NCBI RefSeq assembly: GCF_964213995.1
Contig: NW_027590591.1
Location: 186,001-246,137, forward strand
DNA from: Mustelus asterias
Lineage: Eukaryota
Length of the DNA: 60,137 bases
Direction of reading: 5' to 3'
Below the pieces are notes generated by a model. The model was not told where the DNA came from. It did no database searches and worked only from the letters and a program-made list of their open reading frames with translations. Both the position numbers and the translations under genes were made by a program. Positions within the stretch are counted from its first letter, which is position 1, and every line of letters starts with the position of its first letter. This document shows, piece by piece, positions 22,053 through 35,934 of the stretch.

Positions 22053-23985
22053 ATGCAGTATACAACGGGCAGCGTCGGGAGCGGGCAGTGGAGTGAGTGG
22101 GAAGCAGAGTGTGAGCTGTAAGGGCTTTGGCTCACAGGGCTTTGGGGGACAGGGCGAGCAGGGGTGAGTTTTTAATTTCTTATTTACTTTTCTCTGTGTA
22201 TCTTGGTATAAAGGGGCAAATATGAGTGTGAAGCCAGTGTGTTGTTCCCAGTGTAGGATGTGGGAGGTCCTGGAGGCACCTGGCCTCCCGGACATCCACA
22301 TCTGTGAGGGGTGTGTCGAGCTGCGGTTCCTGAGGGACCGTGTTAGGGAGCTGGAACTGCAGCTCGAGGATCTTAGGCTGATGAGAGAGAATGAGGAGGT
22401 GATAGACAAGAGCTATCATCAGGTGGTCACACCAGGGCCACGGGAGGAGGCCAAGTGGGTGACAGCCAGGAAGGGTAAAGCTCGGGTGATTGAGAGCACC
22501 CTGGTGGATGAGCCCCTACACAACAAGTACTCCTGCCTGAGTACTGCTGGGGGGGACAGCCCACCTGGGGGAAGCAGCAGTGGCCGTGTCTCCGGAGTGG
22601 AGTCCGGCTCTGTAACTCAGAGGGCTAAGGAAAAGAGGAGGAAGGCGGTATTAATCGGGGACTCGACAGTAAGGGGGTCGAGCAGGCGTTTTTGCGGAGG
22701 CAGGCGGGAGTCTCGGATGGTGGTCTGCTTCCCTGGGGCCGGGATCCAGGATGTCGCTGGTCGACTCCCAGAAATCCTGAGGGGGGAGGGAGAGGTAGCG
22801 GTACATATTGGTACCGCTGGTGTGGAAAGGAAGGGGGAAGGGATCATGAAAAGAGAGTACAGGGAATTAGGGAGACAGCTGAGAAGGAGGAAAGCAAAGG
22901 TAGTAATCTCAGGATTGCTGCCTGTGCCACGGGAAGGTGAGGGCAGGAATGGAGTGAGGTGGAGGATGAATGTGTGGCTGAGGGACTGGTGCAGAGGGCA
23001 GGGATTCAGGTTCCTGGACCATTGGGACCTCTTTAGGGGCAGGTGTGACCTGTACACAAAAAACAGGTAGCACTTGAATCCCAGGGGGACCAATATCCTG
23101 GCGGGAAGGTTGTCTAAGGCTACTGGGGAGAGTTTAAACTAGATAGGTTGGGGGGAGGGGATCGAGACGAGGTGACTGGGAGCGAGGAAGTTAGCTTGCA
23201 AACAGAGAAGGGTTATAGACGGTGCAAGAGGGAGGATGGACGGGGGATAGAGAAGGGGAGAGCTCAGACCAAAGGATTGAGATGTGTTTACTTTAATGCC
23301 AGGAGTATAGTGAATAAAGGGGATGAGCTCAGAGCGTGGATCGATGCCTGGAAGTGTGATGTGGTGGCCATTACGGAGACTTGGATGTCTCAGGGACAGG
23401 ACTGGATACTACAGGTGCCAGGATTCAGATGTTTCAGGAAGGACAGGGAGGGAGGCAAGAGAGGGAGTGGAGTGGCACTGCTGATCAGGGATAGTGTCAC
23501 AGCTGTAGAGAAGGTGTATGCTGTGGAGGGATTGTCTACAGAGTCTCTGTGGGTGGAAGTTCGGAGTGGGAAGGGGTCGATCACTTTGCTGGGAGTTTTC
23601 TATAGGCCGCCCAATAGTGACAGGGAGGTGGAGGAGCGGATAGGGAAACAGATCCTGGAGAGATGCAGTAATAGCAGAGTTGTTGTGATGGGAGACTTTA
23701 ATTTCCCAAACATAGATTGGAATATCCCAAGGGTAAGGGGATTGGATGGGGAGGAGTTCATTGGGTGTGTTCAGGAGGGTTTCCTGACACAGCATGTGGA
23801 CAAGCCTACAAGAGGAGAGGCTGTACTTGATCTGATACTGACCAATGAACCTGGACAGGTGTCAGATCTCTCAGTGGGGGAGCATCTTGGGGATAGCGAT
23901 CATAACTCTATCTCCTTTATGCTTGTATTGGATAAAGAGAGGATCAGGCAAGCTAGGAAAGCGTTTATATGGAGTAAGGGGAAAT
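22053..23985 (+). mobile_element. CR1 5' half: 5'UTR, ORF1 (22222-23137, Zn-finger/coiled-coil + SGNH esterase, premature stop at 23068) and ORF2 APE endonuclease
   Basis: CxxC...HxCxxC, ELELQL zipper, IGDS, HIGT; APE motifs YFNARS, ITETW, GDFN, DSDH. Confidence 0.92.
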
Positions 23986-25940
23986 TAGAAACATAGAAAC
24001 ATAGAACAGTACAGCACAGAACAGGCCCTTCGGCCCACGATGTTGTGCCGAGCTTTATCTGAAACAAAGATCAAGCTATCCCACTCCCTATCATCCTGGT
24101 GTGCTCCATGTGCCTATCCAATAACCGCTTAAATGTTCCTAAAGTGTCTGACTCCACTATCACTGCAGGCAGTCCAGTCCACACCCCAACCACTCTCTGC
24201 GTAAAGAACCTACCTCTGATATCCTTCCTATATCTCCCACCATGAACCCTATAGTTATGCCCCCATGTAATAGCTCCATCCACCCGAGGAAATAGTCTTT
24301 GAACGTTCACTCTATCTATCCCCTTCATCATTTTATAAACCTCGATTAAGTCTCCCCTCAGCCTCCTCCGCTCCAGAGAGAACAGCCCCAACTCCCTCAA
24401 TCTTTCCTCATAAGACCTACCCTCCAAACCAGGCAGCATCCTGGTAAATCTCCTCTGCACTCTTTCCAGCGCTTCCACATCCTTCTTATAGTGAGGTGAC
24501 CAGAACTGCACACAATATTCCAAATGTGGTCTCACCAAGGTCCTGTACAGTTGCAGCATAACCCCACGGCTCTTAAACTCCAACCCCCTGTTAATAAAAG
24601 CTAACACACTATAGGCCTTCTTCACAGCTCTATCCACTTGAGTGGCAACCTTTAGAGATCTGTGGATATGGACCCCAAGATCTATCTGTTCCTCCACAGT
24701 CTTCAGAACCCTACCTTTGACCCTGTAATCCACATTTAAATTAGTCCTACCAAAATGAATCACCTCACATTTATCAGGGTTAAACTCCATTTGCCATTTT
24801 TCAGCCCAACTTTGCATCCTATCTATGTCTCTTTGCAGCCTACAACAGCCCTCCACCTCATCCACTACTTCACCAATCTTGGTGTCATCAGTAAATTTAC
24901 TGATCCACCCTTCAGCCCCCTCCTCTAAGTCATTAATAAAAATCACAAAGAGCAGAGGACCAAGCACTGATCCCTGTGGCACTCCACTAGCAACCTGCCT
25001 CCAGTCCGAAAATTTTCCATCCACCACCACCCTCTGTCTTCGATCAGATAGCCAGTTACCTATCCAATCGGCCAACTTTCCCTCGATCCCACACCTCCTT
25101 ACTTTCCTCATAAGCCGACCATGGGGGACCTTATCAAACGCCTTACTAAAATCCATGTATATGACATCAACTGCCCTACCTTCATCAACACACTTAGTTA
25201 CCTCCTCAGAAAATTCAATCAAATTTGTGAGGCACGACTTGCCCTTCACGAATCCGTGGTGACTTTCCCGGATTAATCCGCATCGTTCTAAATGGTCATA
25301 AATCTCATCCCTAAGGATCGTTTCCATCAATTTACCAACCACCGAAGTAAGACTAACCGGTCTATAATTACCAGGGTCATTTCTATTCCCTTTCTTAAAC
25401 AGAGGAACAACATTCGTCACTCTCCAGTCCTCTGGCACCATCCCCGTGGACAGTGAGGACCCAAAGATCAAAGCCAAAGGCTCTGCAATCTCATCCCTTG
25501 CCTCCCAAAGAATCCTAGGATACATTTCATCAGGCCCAGGGGACTTATCGACCTTCAGTTTATTCAAAACTGCCAGTACATCCTCCCTCCGAACAACTAT
25601 TTCCTCCAGCCTATTAGCCTGTAACACCTTCTCGTCCTCAAAAACATGGCCCCTCTCCTTGGTGAACACTGAAGAAAAGTATTCATTCATCACCTCGCCT
25701 ATCTCTACTGACTCCATACACAAGTTCCCACTACAGTCCTTGACCGGCCCTAACCTCACCCTGGTCACTCTTTTATTCCTCACATAAGAGTAAAAAGCCT
25801 TGGGGTTTTCCTTGATCCGACCCGCCAAGGACTTCTCATGTCCCCTCCAAGCTCTCCTAAGCCCCTTTCTCAGCTCATTCCTTGCTAACTTGTAACCCTC
25901 AATCGAGCCATCTGAACCTTGTTTCCTCATCCCTACATAA
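23986..25940 (-). mobile_element. CR1 LINE, 5'-truncated, open RT frame
   Basis: ORF 24071-26008 encodes RT; tail (TTCTATGT)n. Confidence 0.93.
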
Positions 25941-26024
25941 ATAGGCTGGAAAATTGGGTGGAGAGGTGGCAGATGGAATTTAATCCAGATAAATGCGAAG
26001 TGATGCATTTTGGAAGAACTATTG

Positions 26025-29000
26025 TTCCACAGGAGCAGGCTGAGGGTAAGGGAGCTTGTTTGTGCACTAATTTATTTAATTATTTTTCAGTTAAATTTGT
26101 GAAAAAAATCGGAGGTTTTTTTTCCAAACAGGAAATAGGCCCAGCAGCAGCCTGGGAAGGTTTTGGAGGGTTTAAAAGTAGGCCGCACCTTTGAGCGGGC
26201 AGCGTCGTTAGCGGGCAGTGGAGTGAGCAGGGGACAGAGTGAGAGCTATAAGGGCTTTGGCTCACAGGGCTTCGGCGAAGGCGAGGAAGGTTGTTTGCTT
26301 GTTTTTCTTCTGTTACACCCCCTTTTTGTTTTATCTCCCAAAAACTAAAAAGGACATGGCTGGTATGAGTGGGAGGCCAGTATACTGCATTCGGTGTGGG
26401 ATGTGGGAGTTCCTGGAGACAACTTGCCTCCCGGAAGTCCATATCTGTGCCAGATGTGTGGAACTGCATCTCCTGAAGGATCGTGTAAGGGAGCTGGAGC
26501 TGAGGCTCGATGAACTCAGTTTAGTTAGGGAAAATGAGAGATTAATAGATAAAAGTTATAGTCAGGTAGTGACACCAGGGTCTCGGAAGGAAGACACGTG
26601 GGGCACAGTTAGGAGGGGTAATAGTCAGAAGGGTGATGTGCCAGAAAGTACCCCAGTGGCAGTCTCCCATAAAAGAAAGGGATGGGCAACAGATGGGAGA
26701 AGGGAAGGGAGTGAGCAGTCTGTGGAGGGATCCCCTGTGGTTGTCCCCCTCCAAAATAGGTATATTGTTTTGGATTCTGTGGAGGGGGATGACCCTCCAG
26801 GGGTAAGCCACGAGGACCAGATCGCCTCCACGGAGACAGGCTCAGGGGTCCGGAAGGGAAAGAAGGGGTTTAGGAGAGTGATAGTTGTGGGGGACGCAAT
26901 GGTTAGAGGCACGGACAGGCGGTTCTGTGGGAGTGAACGAGAATCCAGGATGGTAGTCTGCCTCCCTGGTGCCGGGGTACTGGATGTCTCCGAGAGGGTA
27001 GGAAGCATATTTAAAAAGGAAGGTAGTCAAACGGATGTGATTGTACACATTGGTGAAAATGATGTAGGTAGGAAGAGCAGGGGGGGTCATACGAGAGAAA
27101 TTCAGGGAGTTGGGTGCTAGGCTAAAAAGTAAGACCTCCAGTGTAGCAATCTCTGGACTGCTCCCGGTGCCTAGTGCAAGTGAGGCTCGGAACAGGGAGA
27201 TTCTACAGTTGAACGCGTGGCTAAAGGACTGGTGCAAGAGGGAGGGTTTTAAATTCATAGATAACTGGGAAATCTTCAAGTCAGGATGGCAACTGTACAG
27301 AAAGGATGGGTTACACCTCAACTGGAAGGGAGCAAATATCCTGGCTGGGAGTTTTGCTAGAGTGTTTCGGCAGGATTTAAACTAGTGTGGCAGGGGGGTG
27401 GGGAACAAAACAGGAGGTCAGTAAATACTGAGACTGGGGTTGAGCTGGGGGCCAGGGCAAGGCTAGCTAAGAAGAGGAGCACTCTGGAGGAGGAGAACCT
27501 GACTGGGCCTGGAGGTCTGGAGTGCATCTGCTTTAATGCGAGGAGTGTAACGGGTAAAACAGACGAACTTAGGGCCTTAATGCTTATGCGGAATTTGGAT
27601 GTGGTTGCGGTGACGGAAACTTGGTTAAAAGAAGGACAGGACTGGCAGCTGAATATTCCGGGGTATAAGTGTTTTAGGCGAGACAGAGGAGGGGCTAAAA
27701 AAGGTGGGGGAGTAGCGATATTAGTTAAGGAGCATATTACCGCGGTGCAGAGGGTAGACAATTTAGAGGGGTCATGTACTGAGTCGCTGTGGGTGGAACT
27801 CAGAAACAGGAAGGGTGCAGTCACTATGCTGGGGGTGTACTACAGACCACCCAACAGCCCACGGGAAGTGGAGGAAAGGATATGTCAGGAGATTCTGGAT
27901 AGGTGCAGAAAAAATAGGGTTGTTGTAGTGGGGGACTTTAATTTCCCTGGCACAGACTGGAAAGTGCTTAGAGCTGGGGGTCCGGACGGGGAGGAATTTG
28001 TAAAATGCGTACTGGAAGGTTCTTTGGAACAGTATGTAGATAGCCCGACTAGAGAGGGGGCTATACTGGACCTAGTTCTGGGAAATGAGCCCGGTCAGGT
28101 CGTCAAAGTTTCGGTAGGGGAACATGTGGCAAATAGTGACCACAACTCTGTTAACTTTAGGATAGTAATGGACAAGGATGAGTGCTGTCCTACGGGCAGG
28201 GTGCTAAATTGGGGGAAGGCTGACTATAGCCGGATTAGGCAGGAATTGGTGGATGTTGATTGGGAGAGGATGTTCGAGGGTAAGTCCGCGTCTGGCATGT
28301 GGGAGTCTTTTAAGGAACTATTGATAAGGCTGCAGGATAGGCATGTGCCTGTAAAAAGGAAAGATAGGAAAGATAGGATTCGAGAGCCGTGGATAACCAG
28401 GGAAATTGAGGATCTGATTAAAATGAAAAGGGAGGCGTACGTTAAGTCCAGGCAACTGAAAACAGATGGAGCTCTGGAGGAATACAGAGAGAGTAGGAAA
28501 GAACTCAAACGGGGAGTTAGAAGGGCAAAAAGAGGTCACGAGATGTTCTTGGCAGGCAGGATTAAGGAGAATCCTAAGGCATTCTATTCATACGTTAGGA
28601 ACAAAAGAGTTGTTAGGGAGAAAATCGGACCTCTCAGGGACAAAGGAGAGGAATTATGCTTAGAACCCAAGGGAATAGGGGAGATCCTAAATGAATACTT
28701 TGCATCGGTATTCACGAAGGAGAGGGGCGTGTTAACCGGGAGTGTCTCGGAGGGAGGTGTTGACCCGTTAGAGAAAATCTCCATTACAAGAGAGGAAGTG
28801 TTGGTTTTTTAGGGAACATTAAAACTGACAAAGCCCCAGGGCTTGATGGCATCTATCCTCGACTGCTCAGGGAGACGAGAGATGAAATTGCTGGGCCTCT
28901 GACGGAAATCTTTGTCACTTCTTTGGACACGGGTGAGGTCCCTGAGGATTGGAGGATAGCGAATGTGGTCCCGTTGTTTAAGAAGGGTAGCAGGGATAAC

Positions 29001-30391
29001 CCAGGAAATTATAGGCCGGTGAGCTTGACGTCTGTGGTAGGGAAGTTGTTGGAGAGGATTCTTAGAGACAGGATGTATGTGCATTTAGAACGGAACAATC
29101 TCATTAGTGACAGACAGCATGGTTTTGTAAGAGGGAGGTCGTGCCTTACAAATTTGGTGGAGTTTTTTGAGGAAGTGACAAAAACGGTTGACGAAGGAAG
29201 GGCCGTGGATGTCGTCTATATGGATTTCAGTAAGGCATTTGACAAAGTCCCTCATGGCAGGTTGGTTAAGAAGGTTAAGTTTCATGGGATACAAGGAGAA
29301 GTGGCTAGATGGGTGGAGAACTGGCTTGGCCATAGGAGACAGAGGGTAGTGGTCGAAGGGTCTTTTTCCGGCTGGAGGTCTGTGACCAGTGGTGTTCCGC
29401 AGGGCTCTGTACTGGGACCTCTGCTATTTGTGATATATATAAATGATTTGGAAGAAGGTGTAACTGGTGTAATCAGCAAGTTTGCGGATGACACGAAGAT
29501 GGCTGGAATTGCGGATAGCGAAGAGCATTGTCGGGCAATACAGCAGGATATAGATAGGCTGGAAAATTGGGCGGAGAGGTGGCAGATGGAGTTTAATCCG
29601 GATAAATGCGAAGTGATGCATTTTGGAAGAAATAATGTAGGGAGGAGTTATACAATAAATGGCAGAGTCATCAGGAGTATAGAAACACAGAGGGACCTAG
29701 GTGTGCAAGTCCACAAATCCTTGAAGGTGGCAACACAAGTGGAGAAGGTGGTGAAGAAGGCATATGGTATGCTTGCCTTTATAGGACGGGGTATAGAGTA
29801 TAAAAGCTGGAGTCTGATGATGCAGCTGTATAGAACGCTGGTTAGGCCACATTTGGAGTACTGCATCCAGTTCTGGTTTGCGCACTACCAGAAGGACGTG
29901 GAGGCATTAGAGAGAGTGCAGAGAAGGTTTACCAGGATGTTGCCTGGTATGGAGGGTCTTAGCTATGAGGAGAGATTGGGTAGACTGGGGTTGTTCTCCT
30001 TGGAAAGACGGAGAATGAGGGGAGATCTAATAGAGGTGTACAAGATTATGAAGGGTATAGATAGGGTGAACAGTGGGAAGCTTTTTCCCAGGTCGGAGGT
30101 GACGATCACGAGGGGTCACGGGCTCAAGCTGAGAGGGGCGAAGTATAACTCAGACATCAGAGGGATGTTTTTTACACAGAGGGTGGTGGGGGCCTGGAAT
30201 GCGCTGCCAAGTAGGGTGGTGGAGGCAGGCACGCTGACATCGTTTAAGACTTACCTGGATAGTCACATGAGCAGCCTGGGAATGGAGGGATACAAACGAT
30301 TGGTCTAGTTGGACCAAGGAGCGGCACAGGCTTGGAGGGCCGAAGGGCCTGTTTCCTGTGCTGTACTGTTCTTTGTTCTTTGTTCTTTGTT
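26025..30391 (+). mobile_element. Near full-length CR1: ORF1 (26356-27385, one frameshift), ORF2 (27385-30308, one frameshift at ~28805), 3' tail
   Basis: Zn-finger + esterase ORF1 (DGLHLN), APE, RT KFADD, (TTCTTTG)n tail. Confidence 0.95.
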
Positions 30392-30394
30392 CGA

Positions 30395-31155
30395 GGGGGG
30401 AGTTATACAATAAATGGCAGAGCCATCAAGAGTATAGAAACACAGAGGGACCTAGGTGTGCAAGTCCACAAATCCTTGAAGGTGGCAACACAGCTGGAGA
30501 AGGTGGTGAAGAAGGCATATGGTATAGGACGGGATATAGGCCTTTATAGGACGGGGTATAGAGTATAAAAGCTGGAGTCTGATGATGCAGCTGTATAGAA
30601 CGCTGGTTAGGCCACATTTGGAGTACTGCGTCCAGTTCTGGTCGCCGCACTACCAGAAGGACGTGGAGGCTTTGGAGAGAGTGCAGAGAAGGTTTACCAG
30701 GATGTTGCCTGGTATGGAGGGTCTTAGCTATGAGGAGAGATTGGGTAAACTGGGCTTGTTCTCCCTGGAAAGACGGAGAATGAGGGGAGATCTAATAAAG
30801 GTGTACAAGATTATGAAGGGCATAGATAGGGTGAACGGTGGGAAGCTTTTTCCCAGATCAGAAGTGATGATCACGAGGGGTCACGGGCTCAAGGTGAGAG
30901 GGCGAGGTATAACTCCGATATCAGAGGGACGTTTTTTACACAGAGGGTGGTGGGGGCCTGGAATGCGCTGCCAAGTAGGGTGGTGGAGGCAGGCACGCTG
31001 ACATCGTTTAAGACTTACCTGGATAGTCATATGAGGAGCCTGGGAATGGAGGGATACAAATGATCGGTCTAGTTGGACCAATGAGCGGCACAGGCTTGGA
31101 GGGCCGAAGGGCCTGTTTCCTGTGCTGTACTTTTATTTGTTCTTTGTTCTTTGTT
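30395..31155 (+). mobile_element. Tandem second copy of the 3' 0.75 kb of the preceding CR1 family
   Basis: Highly similar to 29643-30391. Confidence 0.88.
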
Positions 31156-31830
31156 CAAACCAGCCCCCCCATGCAATCCATCACTCAAACCATCCTCCCA
31201 TCCAATCATCCCTCAAACCAGCCTCCCATCCAATCATCACTCAAACCAGCCTCCCATCCAATCATCACTCAAACCAGCCTCCCATCCAATCATCCCTCAA
31301 ACCAGCCTCCCATCCAATCATCACTCAAACCAGCCTCCCATCCAATCATCACTCAAACCAGCCTCCCATCCAATCATCACTCAAACCAGCCTCCCATCCA
31401 ATCATCACTCAAACCAGCCTCCCATCCAATCATCACTCAAACCAGCCTCCCATCCAATCATCACTCAAACCAGCCTCCCATCCAATCATCCCTCAAACCA
31501 GTCCCCCATCCAATCATCACTCAAGCCAGCCCCCATCCAATCCATCACTCAAACCAGTCCCCCATCCAATCCATCACTCAAACCAGTCTGAGGTCACGCA
31601 CCGACCGACACAAGAACAGCTTCTTCCCTGCTGCTGTCAGACTTTTGAATGGACCGACCTCGCATTAAGTTGATCTTTCTCTACACCCTAGCTATGACTG
31701 TAACACTACATTCTGCACTCTCTCCTTTCCTTCTCTATGAATGGTATGCTTTGTCTGTAGAGCGCGCAAAAATCAATACTTTTCACTGTATCCCAATACA
31801 TCTGACAATAAATCAAATCCAATCAAATCA
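31156..31830 (+). mobile_element. Rex1/Babar-like 3' end with internal 28-bp tandem repeat (31156-31587)
   Basis: Unit TCAAACCAGCCTCCCATCCAATCATCAC; KNSFFPAAVRLLN; tail (AATCA)n. Confidence 0.8.
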
Positions 31831-32288
31831 ATTGAAGGGCCTTCGGTGTGTGACTGGTGATTAATTGATGTGCTCCCCCTGCCTCCTCAGCTCTAAACCC
31901 CCACCATCCGGAAAATACTGCCCCCCATCTAGTTTGCCCACCCCAAATATGATATGTCAGGGTTCAACTCCACATACCATGGCTGCACCAAGCCTTCCAA
32001 TCTGATGTTTGGGAAGGCTAACTTTAGTGGGATTAGGCAGAAATTGTCAGCTCTTGATTGGGAGAGGCTGTTTGAGGGTAAATCCACATCTGGCATGTGG
32101 GAGTCTTTTAAGGAACAGTTATTAGGACTACAGGACAGGCAACTGCCTGTAAAAAAGAAGGATAGGAAGGGTAGGATTCGAGAACCGTGGATAACCAGGG
32201 AAATTGAGCGATTGGTCAAAAAGAAAAGAGAGGCGTATGTTAGGTCCAGGCAGCAAAAAACGGAGGGAGCTCTGGCGGAGTACAAAGA

Positions 32289-34589
32289 GAGATCCGCAGT
32301 GCATCCGAAGAGGAAAGAGTCGAATTGGATTCCTCCGGAAGGCCGCTGCCCTCGACTTGACATGTATGCCCAAGCCGTCAGGAGGTGCGTCAACACCAAA
32401 TTCATCAGCCGCACTCACAAGACAGCCCCGAACATCACCCAAGCACAACGCAACGCCATCCACGCTCTCAAGACCAACCGCAACATTGTCATCAAACCAG
32501 GAGACAAAGGAGGGGCCATCGTCATACTGAACAGAACGGATTACTGCAAAGAAGTGTACCGACAACTCAACAACGAGGAACACTACAGACAGTTACCTGC
32601 AGATCCGACCAAAGAACACACCCGTCAACTCAACACTCTGATCAAAACCTTTGATCCGGACCTTCAGAACACCCTCCGTGCTCTCATCCCACGCACTCCC
32701 CGCGTTGGAGATCTCTACTGCCTCCCGAAGATACACAAGACAAACACACCCGGCCGTCCCATCGTATCGGGCAATGGAACCCTGTGCGAGAACCTCTCCG
32801 GCTATGTCGAGGGCATCCTGAAACCCATTGTACAAAGAACCCCTAGCTTTTGTTGCGACACAACGGACTTCCTACAGAAACACGGCACACATGGAGCAGT
32901 TGAACCAGGAGCGCTCCTCATCACAATGGATGTCTCGGCACTCTACACCAGCATCCCCCATGACGATGGCATTGCTGCAACGGCCTCAGTGCTCAGCGCC
33001 AACAACTGCCAGTTTCCAGATGCAATTTTACATCTCATCCGCTTCATCCTGGACCACAACATCTTCACCTTCAACAACCAGTTCTTCATCCAGACACATG
33101 GGGACCAAATTCGCACCTCAATATGCCAACATCTTCATGCACAGGTTCGAACAAGACTTCTTCACCGCACGGGACCTTCAACCGATGCTATACATTAGAT
33201 ACATCGATGACATTTTCTTCCTTTGGACTCATGGTGAACAATCACTGAAACAACTCTATGATGACATCAACAAGTTCCATCCCACCATCAGGCTCACCAT
33301 GGACTACTCTCCGGAATCGGTTGCATTCTTGGACACACGCATCTCCATTAAGGACGGTCACCTCAGCACCTCACTGTACCGCAAGCCCACGGATAACCTC
33401 ACGATGCTCCACTTCTCCAGCTTCCACCCTAAACACGTTAAAGAAGCCATCCCCTACGGACAAGCTCTCCGTATACACAGGATCTGCTCGGATGAGGAGG
33501 ATCGCAACAGACACCTCCAGACGCTGAAAGATGCCCTCATAAGAACAGGATATGGCACTCAACTCATTGATCAACAGTTCCGACGCGCCACAGCGAAAAA
33601 CCGCACCGACCTCCTCAGAAGACAAACACGGGACACAGTGGACAGAGCACCCTTCGTTGTCCAGTACTTCCCCGGAGCGGAGAAGCTACGGCATCTCCTC
33701 CGGAGCCTTCAACATGTCATTGATGAAGACGAACATCTCGCCAAGGCCATCCCCACACCCCCACTTCTTGCCTTCAAACAACCGCACAACCTCAAACAGA
33801 CCATTGTCCGCAGCAAACTACCCAGCCTTCAGGAGAACAGTGACCACGACACCACACAACCCTGCCACAGCAACCTCTGCAAGACGTGCCGGATCATCGA
33901 CACAGATGCCATCATCTCACGTGAGAACACCATCCACCAGGTACACGGTACATCCTCTTGCAATTCAGCCAACGTTGTCTACCTGTTATGCTGCAAGAAA
34001 GGATGTCCCGAGGCATGGTACATTGGGGAAACTATGCAGACGCTGCGACAATGGATGAATGAACACCGCTCGACAATCACCAGGCAAGACTGTTCTCTTC
34101 CTGTTGGGGAGCACTTCAGCGGTCACAGGCATTCGGCCTCTGATATTCGGGTAAGCGTTCTCCAAGGCGGCCTTCGCGACACACGACAGCGCAGAGTTGC
34201 TGAGCAGAAACTGATAGCCAAGTTCCGCACACACGAGGACGGCCTCAACCGGGATATTGGGTTCATGTCACACTATTTGTAACCCCCACAGTTGCCTGGA
34301 CCTGCAGAGTTTCACTGGCTGTCTTGTCTGGAGACAATACACATCTTTTTAGCCTGTCTTGATGCTCTCTCCACTCACATTGTTTTGTTTCTTAAAGACT
34401 TGATTGGTTGTAAGTATTCGCATTCCAACCATTATTCATGTAAATTGAGTCTGTGTCTTTATAAGCTCTGTTTGTGAACAGAATTCCCACTCACCTGAAG
34501 AAGGGGCTTAGAGCTCCGAAAGCTTGTGTGGCTTTTGCTACCAAATAAACCTGTTGGACTTTAACCTGGTGTTGTTAAACTTCTTACTG
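32289..34589 (+). mobile_element. Penelope-like element (RT + GIY-YIG endonuclease), 5'-truncated, one frameshift
   Basis: [46 protein letters not shown]...WYIGET; 12-bp TSD GGAGTACAAAGA. Confidence 0.95.
34487..34531 (+). ncRNA. Minimal type I hammerhead ribozyme motif in PLE terminus
   Basis: CAC-CTGAAGA-A-GGGGC-TTAGA-GCTCC-GAAA-GCTT-GTG. Confidence 0.65.
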
Positions 34590-35121
34590 GGAGTACAAAG
34601 AAAGCAGGAAAGAACTCAAACGAGGAATTAGAAGGGCAAAAAGGGGTCACGAAATGTCCTTGGCAGACAGGATTAAGGAGAATCCCAAGGCATTTTATTC
34701 ATACGTTAGGAACAAAAGGGTTGTCAGGGAAAAAAATTGGACCTCTCAGGAACAAAAGTGGGGAATTATGCTTGGAGCCCAAAGAAGTAGGGGAGATCCT
34801 AAATGAATACTTTGCGTCGGTATTCACAAAGGAGAGGGATGTGTTGACTGGGAGTGTCTCGGAGGGGAGTGTTGAACCGTTGGAGAAAATCTCCATTACA
34901 AGGGAGGAAGTGTTAGGTTTGTTAGAGAATATAAAGACTGACAAATCCCCAGGGCCTGATGGAATCTATCCAAGGCTACTCAGGGAGACGAGAGATGAAC
35001 GGAGTGGGAATGGAGGGATACAAAAGAATGGTCTAGTTTGGACCAGGGAGCGGCACAGGCTTGGAGGGCCTGTTCCTGTGCTGTATTGTTCTTTGTTCTT
35101 TGTGGCAGAACTATCAGAGGA

Positions 35122-35825
35122 TCCTCCCACAGTGCGGCGCTCCCTCAGCACCGACCCTCCCACAGTGCGGCGCTCCCTCAGCACCGACCCTCCCACAGTG
35201 CGGCGCTCCCTCAGCACCGAACCCTCCCACAGTGCGGCGCTCCCACAGCACCGACCCTCCCACAGTGCGGCGCTCCCTCAGCACCGACCCTCCCACAGTG
35301 CGGCGCTCCCTCAGCACTGACCCTCCCACAGTGCGGCACTCCCTCAGCACTGACCCTCCCACAGTGCGGCGCTCCCTCAGCACTGACCCTCCCACAGTGC
35401 GGCGCTCCCTCAGCACTGACCCTCCCACAGTGCGGCGCTCCCTCAGCACTGACCCTCCCACAGTGCGGCACTCCCTCAGCACTGACCCTCCCACAGTGCA
35501 GCGCTCCCTCAGCACTGACCCTCCCACAGTGCGGCGCTCCCTCAGCACTGACCCTCCCACAGTGCGGCGCTCCCTCAGCACCGACCCTCCCACAGTGCGG
35601 TGCTCCCTCAGCACTGACCCTCCCACAGTGCGGTACTCCCTCAGCACTGACCCTCCCACAGTGCGGCGCTCCCTCAGCACCGACCCTCCCACAGTGCGGC
35701 GCTCCCTCAGCACTGACCCTCCCACAGTGTGGCGCTCCCTCAGCACTGACCCTCCCACAGTGTGGCGCTCCCTCAGCACTGACCCTCCCACAGTGCGGCG
35801 CTCCCTCAGCACTGACCCTCCCGCA
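35122..35825 (+). repeat. 33-bp minisatellite, same unit as 10620-13420
   Basis: About 21 copies. Confidence 0.95.
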
Positions 35826-35934
35826 GGAGATGGGCCACATGCAGGAAAATGGGGTTAGTGTAGATGGACATTTTGGTTGACATGGAGCAGTTTGGGCCGG
35901 AGGGCCTGTTTCCGTGCTGTAACCCTATGATTCT

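Larger units (their letters stand above)
32008..35102 (+). mobile_element. CR1 fragment split by a PLE insertion (32008-32288 and 34590-35102)
   Basis: The ORF2 linker region is continuous across the PLE. Confidence 0.85.

Noticed and set aside
31954-33198. 414-aa ORF as a novel gene
   Set aside because: Chance in-frame fusion of CR1 and PLE sequence.
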